The position numbers and the translations under genes were made by a program. A DNA stretch of 64,000 bases from an uncultured Actinomycetota bacterium. GTDB lineage: Bacteria > Actinomycetota > Actinomycetes > Mycobacteriales > SCTD01. The notes under the pieces were generated by a model, which was given only the letters and a program-made list of their open reading frames with translations, was not told the DNA's origin and searched no databases. The stretch is from NCBI GenBank assembly GCA_963761695.1, contig CAVXIB010000016.1, positions 229,858 to 293,857 on the forward strand, given 5' to 3'. Position 1 is the first letter of the stretch. The number at the start of each line of letters is the position of its first letter. Shown piece after piece: positions 60,776 to 64,000 of the stretch.

Positions 60776-61639
60776 TCACCAGTCGCCGACGGCCCGGCGT
60801 CCGTCGAGGATGTCGTCGAGCTCGAGGTCGGGGGCGTCGCCGAGCTCACCGGCGGTGACGGCGTCGCTCCACCGGCCGGGCTCGGTCAGGTCGAGCACCC
60901 GGGGCGGCCGGCGCGGGGCGACCGACTTGCCGACGTACACCGGCGGCGGGACGGGCACCGGGCTCCACCCTGCGTCGTCACCCACGGCGAGCGGCAGCGG
61001 GTCCTCGTAGCGCCGGGCGGGGGTGGCCCGGGCAGCGGCCGGGGCGCGCTGCGGCAGCCGGGCCGGAACCCAGTCGTCCCAGGCGGGCTGCTGCGCGGTC
61101 CGGCCGTCCTGGTCGTCCCAGCCGTACCCGTCGTCCCGCGCGTCCCAGCCGAGGTCGTCGTCCGGCTCGTCCCACCGGCGTCGGGCGGCAGCAGCGCGCT
61201 GGACCGCCAGCCGGCGCAGGTGCACCACGTAGGCGACGGCGAGACCCAGCAGCACCAGGCCCACGAGCAGGAGCCACCCGCTCAGGAGCCCACCGAGCAG
61301 GCCGGCGCCCGCCCCGGACAGCAGCGCGAGGAGCACCCGACGACGGCGGGCCACCAGGGTGAGCGGCGGCCGGGGCCGCTCCTCGCGGAAGGCGCGCAGC
61401 AGCGGCTCGAGCGCTGACTGCCTCGGCACGAACGCCCCGGCGTCGTCGCCCGGGAACGCCTGGACCTGCTCGGTCGGTGCGGCCCGGCGGGCACTGCGGG
61501 GGGAGAGCACCCGCATCGCGTTGCCGAACCGCTCCGCCGAACGCTGCGACGTCGCCGCGTCGTGCGACCGGAGCGCCATCGGCACGAGGACCGCCAGCCA
61601 GGCTCCGACGATCACCATCAGGATCAGTCCGCTGCCCAC
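60776..61639 (-). CDS. hypothetical membrane protein with acidic Trp/Asp-rich region
   Basis: In-frame GTG 61639 in ORF 60776..62227: VGSGLILMVIVGAWLAVLVPMAL.. with a second TM block LLALLSGAGAGLLGGLLSGWLLLVGLVLLGLAVAYVV, then ..WDEPDDDLGWDARDDGYGWDDQDG.. Confidence 0.55.
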   Translation of the reverse strand: MGSGLILMVIVGAWLAVLVPMALRSHDAATSQRSAERFGNAMRVLSPRSARRAAPTEQVQAFPGDDAGAFVPRQSALEPLLRAFREERPRPPLTLVARRRRVLLALLSGAGAGLLGGLLSGWLLLVGLVLLGLAVAYVVHLRRLAVQRAAAARRRWDEPDDDLGWDARDDGYGWDDQDGRTAQQPAWDDWVPARLPQRAPAAARATPARRYEDPLPLAVGDDAGWSPVPVPPPVYVGKSVAPRRPPRVLDLTEPGRWSDAVTAGELGDAPDLELDDILDGRRAVGDW

Positions 61640-61691
61640 GGAGCCGGACGGTAGGTCGCCGCAGGGGGCCGCACGGGGAGGCGCGCCGCGT

Positions 61692-62291
61692 TCAGCCCGC
61701 GGTTCGGCTCCGGTAGCGGCGCAGGACCCCCTCGGGCACGTCCTCGTGCAGCAGGGCGAAACCCTCGTGGTCGCGCCAGTCGCCGTCGATGTGCAGGTAC
61801 CGCCGGTGCAGGCCCTCGTGGCGAAAGCCCAGCTTCTCGAGCACCCGGAGCGAGGCCCCGTTCTCCGGCCGGACGTTGGCCTCGACCCGGTGCAGGCCAC
61901 CCGCCCCGAAGGCGTGGTCGACCAGGAGCGCCACCGCCGTCGGCACGATCCCGCGTCCGGCCAGCCGCCCGTCCACCCAGTAGCCGACGTACCCGCTGTC
62001 GAAGGCGCCCCGGGTGATGCCCCCGACCACGACCTGACCGGCGAACCGCCCCCGGTAGCGGACCGCGCACGGCAGCGCCCGACCGGCGCGGGCGTCCCGG
62101 CGCAGGCCGCGCAGCATGGCCGTGTAGACGGCCGGGCTGTGCCGGTCGGGCCAGGACGCGTCCGCCGCGCCGCTGGGCCGGCCCTCCCACGGACGCAGCC
62201 AGGACTCGTTCGCGATGCGGACGGCACTCCAGGCGCTCGCGTCGCGCAGCCGCAGCGGGTCGACCACCACGTCGTCGTCCTGCAGCCGCAC
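61692..62291 (-). CDS. GNAT family N-acetyltransferase (RimJ/RimL-like)
   Basis: Intact 199-aa ORF: ..GYWVDGRLAGRGIVPTAVALLVDHAFGAGGLHRVEANVRPENGASLRVLEKLGFRHEGL.. Confidence 0.8.
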   Translation of the reverse strand: MRLQDDDVVVDPLRLRDASAWSAVRIANESWLRPWEGRPSGAADASWPDRHSPAVYTAMLRGLRRDARAGRALPCAVRYRGRFAGQVVVGGITRGAFDSGYVGYWVDGRLAGRGIVPTAVALLVDHAFGAGGLHRVEANVRPENGASLRVLEKLGFRHEGLHRRYLHIDGDWRDHEGFALLHEDVPEGVLRRYRSRTAG

Positions 62292-62311
62292 GGGCCAGCC
62301 GGGTGGCGGGC

Positions 62312-62782
62312 TCAGTGGTCGCCGCCGGCGATCTGCTGCACGGCGTGGGACAGCACCGGGGCGAGGACCGCGACGCCGTCGCGGACACCGCCGGTGGAGC
62401 CGGGGAGGTTGACCACCAGCGTGCGACCGATCGTGCCGGCGAGGCCGCGGCTCAGCACGCTGGTCGGCACGGCCTCGCGCGAGACCGCCCGCAGGGCCTC
62501 GGCGATCCCGGGGATCTCCCGGTCGAGCAGCGGGCCGGTGGCCTCCGGCGTCACGTCCCGCGGCGTCAGCCCGGTCCCCCCGGTCGTGACCACCAGGTCG
62601 GCCCCCTGCCGGGCGGCAGCGCGCAGGGCCTCCTGCACGGCGCCGACGTCGTCGGGCACCAGGACCACCGGACCGACCCGGCAGCCGAGCCCCTCCAGCA
62701 GCGAGGCCAGCAGCGGGCCGCTGGTGTCCGGCCGCTCCCCCCGCGAGGAGCGGTCGGAGACGGTGACGACTACCGCGTCCAC
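62312..62782 (-). CDS. moaB: molybdenum cofactor biosynthesis protein MoaB/Mog-type (MoCF_biosynth domain)
   Basis: GTG 62782 in ORF 62312..63013: VDAVVVTVSDRSSRGERPDTSGPLL..DLVVTTGGTGLTPRDVTPEAT..LPGSTGGVRDG.. Confidence 0.8.
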   Translation of the reverse strand: MDAVVVTVSDRSSRGERPDTSGPLLASLLEGLGCRVGPVVLVPDDVGAVQEALRAAARQGADLVVTTGGTGLTPRDVTPEATGPLLDREIPGIAEALRAVSREAVPTSVLSRGLAGTIGRTLVVNLPGSTGGVRDGVAVLAPVLSHAVQQIAGGDH

Positions 62783-63234
62783 AGCCCGGTCTTTCCGCCG
62801 GTCTTCTCCTCCACCCGCACCGCGCCGATCACCGCGGCCGGGTCGACGGCCTTGCACATGTCCACCAGCGCCAGGCAGGCCACCGTGACGGCGGTCAGCG
62901 CCTCCATCTCGACGCCGGTGCGGTCCGCGGTACGGGCCACGGCGGTCACCGCCACGCCGGCGTCGTCGACCACGAGGTCGACGGTCACGCCCGACAGCGC
63001 GATGGGGTGGCACAGCGGGATGAGGTCGGGCGTGCGCTTGGCCCCCATGATCCCGGCGATGCGGGCGACCGCGAGCGCGTCGCCCTTCGGCATCCCCGCG
63101 CCGCGCAGCAGGCTGACCACCTCCGCGGACAGGTCGACCCGCCCGGTGGCGGTCGCCGTCCGGGCGGTCACGTCCTTGCCGGTGACGTCGACCATGCGGG
63201 CGGCGCCGCTGTCGTCCAGGTGGGTGAAGGTCAT
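62770..63234 (-). CDS. moaC: cyclic pyranopterin monophosphate synthase accessory protein MoaC
   Basis: Intact 154-aa ORF: ..MVDVTGKDVT.R.A.A.G..KGDALAVARIAGIMGAKRTPDLIPLCHPI..TGVEMEALTAVTVACL.. Confidence 0.92.
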   Translation of the reverse strand: MTFTHLDDSGAARMVDVTGKDVTARTATATGRVDLSAEVVSLLRGAGMPKGDALAVARIAGIMGAKRTPDLIPLCHPIALSGVTVDLVVDDAGVAVTAVARTADRTGVEMEALTAVTVACLALVDMCKAVDPAAVIGAVRVEEKTGGKTGLWTR

Positions 63235-64000
63235 CGGCTGCGCCTCTCGAGCATCATCACGGTGACCGGGTCGCCGGCCTCGATCCGCACCACGTCCTCG
63301 GGCACGACCGCGAGGGCGTTCGCCCGCGACATGCCGGCCTGCAGGTGCGAGCCCGACCCGGAGACCGGCGTGACCACGTAGGCGCCGTCGCGGACCTCGA
63401 GGTGCACCCGCAGGAACGAGCGCTTGCCCTTGCTCGAGCCGAGGGCCTCGGTGGTGCGGGCCCGCACGCGCGGCCGCTCCAGCGGCTCCGAGCCCAGCAT
63501 CCGCCGAAGCGCCGGCCGCACGAACGCCTCGAAGGAGACCATCGCGCTGACCGGGTTGCCGGGCAGGGCGAAGATCGGCGTGTGCTCGGGACCGAGCGTG
63601 CCGAACCCCTGCGGCATCCCGGGCTGCATCGCGACCTTGGTGAACTCCACCGTGCCGAGACGCGACAGCACCTCCTTGACCACGTCGTAGGCCCCGACGC
63701 TGACGCCGCCCGAGGTGATGACGACGTCGGCCCGGACGAGCTGGTCCTCCAGCGTGTCGAGCAGGGTGCGGGGGTCGTCCGGGACGATGCCGACCCGGTA
63801 GGCGATGGCCCCCGCCTCCAGGCAGGCGGCCGTCAGCGCCACCGAGTTGCTGTCCGGGAGCTGGCCCGGACCGATCGGCGCGCCGGGCTCGACCAGCTCG
63901 CTGCCGGTGGACACCACGACGACGCGCGGCCGCGGCCGCACCAGCAGGCGGCTGCGTCCCACCGCCGCGGCGAGCCCGAGCTGGGCCGCGCCGAGGGCGG
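63231..64000 (-). CDS. moeA: molybdopterin molybdotransferase MoeA, C-terminal part; gene runs off the right edge
   Basis: ORF 63231..63962 and beyond: ..VVVVSTGSELVEPG..LPDSNS..VVITSGGVSVGAYDVVKEVL..VAMQPGMPQGFG..FALPGNPVSAMVSFE.. The same frame stays open to position 64000. Confidence 0.88.
   Translation of the reverse strand, partial: ALGAAQLGLAAAVGRSRLLVRPRPRVVVVSTGSELVEPGAPIGPGQLPDSNSVALTAACLEAGAIAYRVGIVPDDPRTLLDTLEDQLVRADVVITSGGVSVGAYDVVKEVLSRLGTVEFTKVAMQPGMPQGFGTLGPEHTPIFALPGNPVSAMVSFEAFVRPALRRMLGSEPLERPRVRARTTEALGSSKGKRSFLRVHLEVRDGAYVVTPVSGSGSHLQAGMSRANALAVVPEDVVRIEAGDPVTVMMLERRSR

Overview
About 64 kb of very GC-rich chromosomal DNA (visibly above 70% G+C) with core gene order typical of Actinobacteria. 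I read 59 protein genes and 3 tRNA genes (Leu-UAA, Gln-UUG, Ala-CGC). Main gene blocks from left to right:
- ilvA (partial), a FIST sensor, and an AAA+ ATPase / small membrane protein / VWA protein module
- a livFGMH plus binding-protein operon
- a caspase-like peptidase
- the metB / small TM gene / cbs reverse-transsulfuration trio
- MBL hydrolase, SGNH hydrolase, thiolase, a secreted M1-like peptidase and two CNNM/CorC genes
- BI-1, udgB, then ppx-DUF501-ftsB-eno, DUF885, and an FMN alpha-hydroxy-acid oxidase
- mazG, a SurA-like PPIase, then mfd-pth-rplY-prs-glmU
- a desaturase-TetR-xanthine-dehydrogenase-family cluster and an ABC-F ATPase
- ispE-rsmA-tatD-metG-rsmI, pmt, a GNAT, and moaB-moaC-moeA (partial)

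I found no rRNA, CRISPR array, transposase, integrase, phage genes or recognisable defence system, so this is mostly ordinary housekeeping DNA.

Four things deserve a second look:
1. Three sequence-unrelated intergenic tandem arrays of hairpin-forming units: 5709-6262, 40835-41206 and 54975-55322.
2. Two of these arrays abut very regular G-run tracts of G-quadruplex type, at 5618-5648 and 55319-55371.
3. Frame breaks are patchy but dense. By my reading 22 of the 59 genes need at least one frame change, including essential metG and rplY. This points to assembly indel errors rather than real pseudogenes.
4. The AAA+ / micro-TM / VWA module beside the FIST sensor is translationally coupled and has no known function.

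Many long ORFs in the six-frame track are antisense, Arg/Pro/Gly-rich artefacts of the high GC content and I did not call them. Coordinates of frame-shifted genes are approximate.
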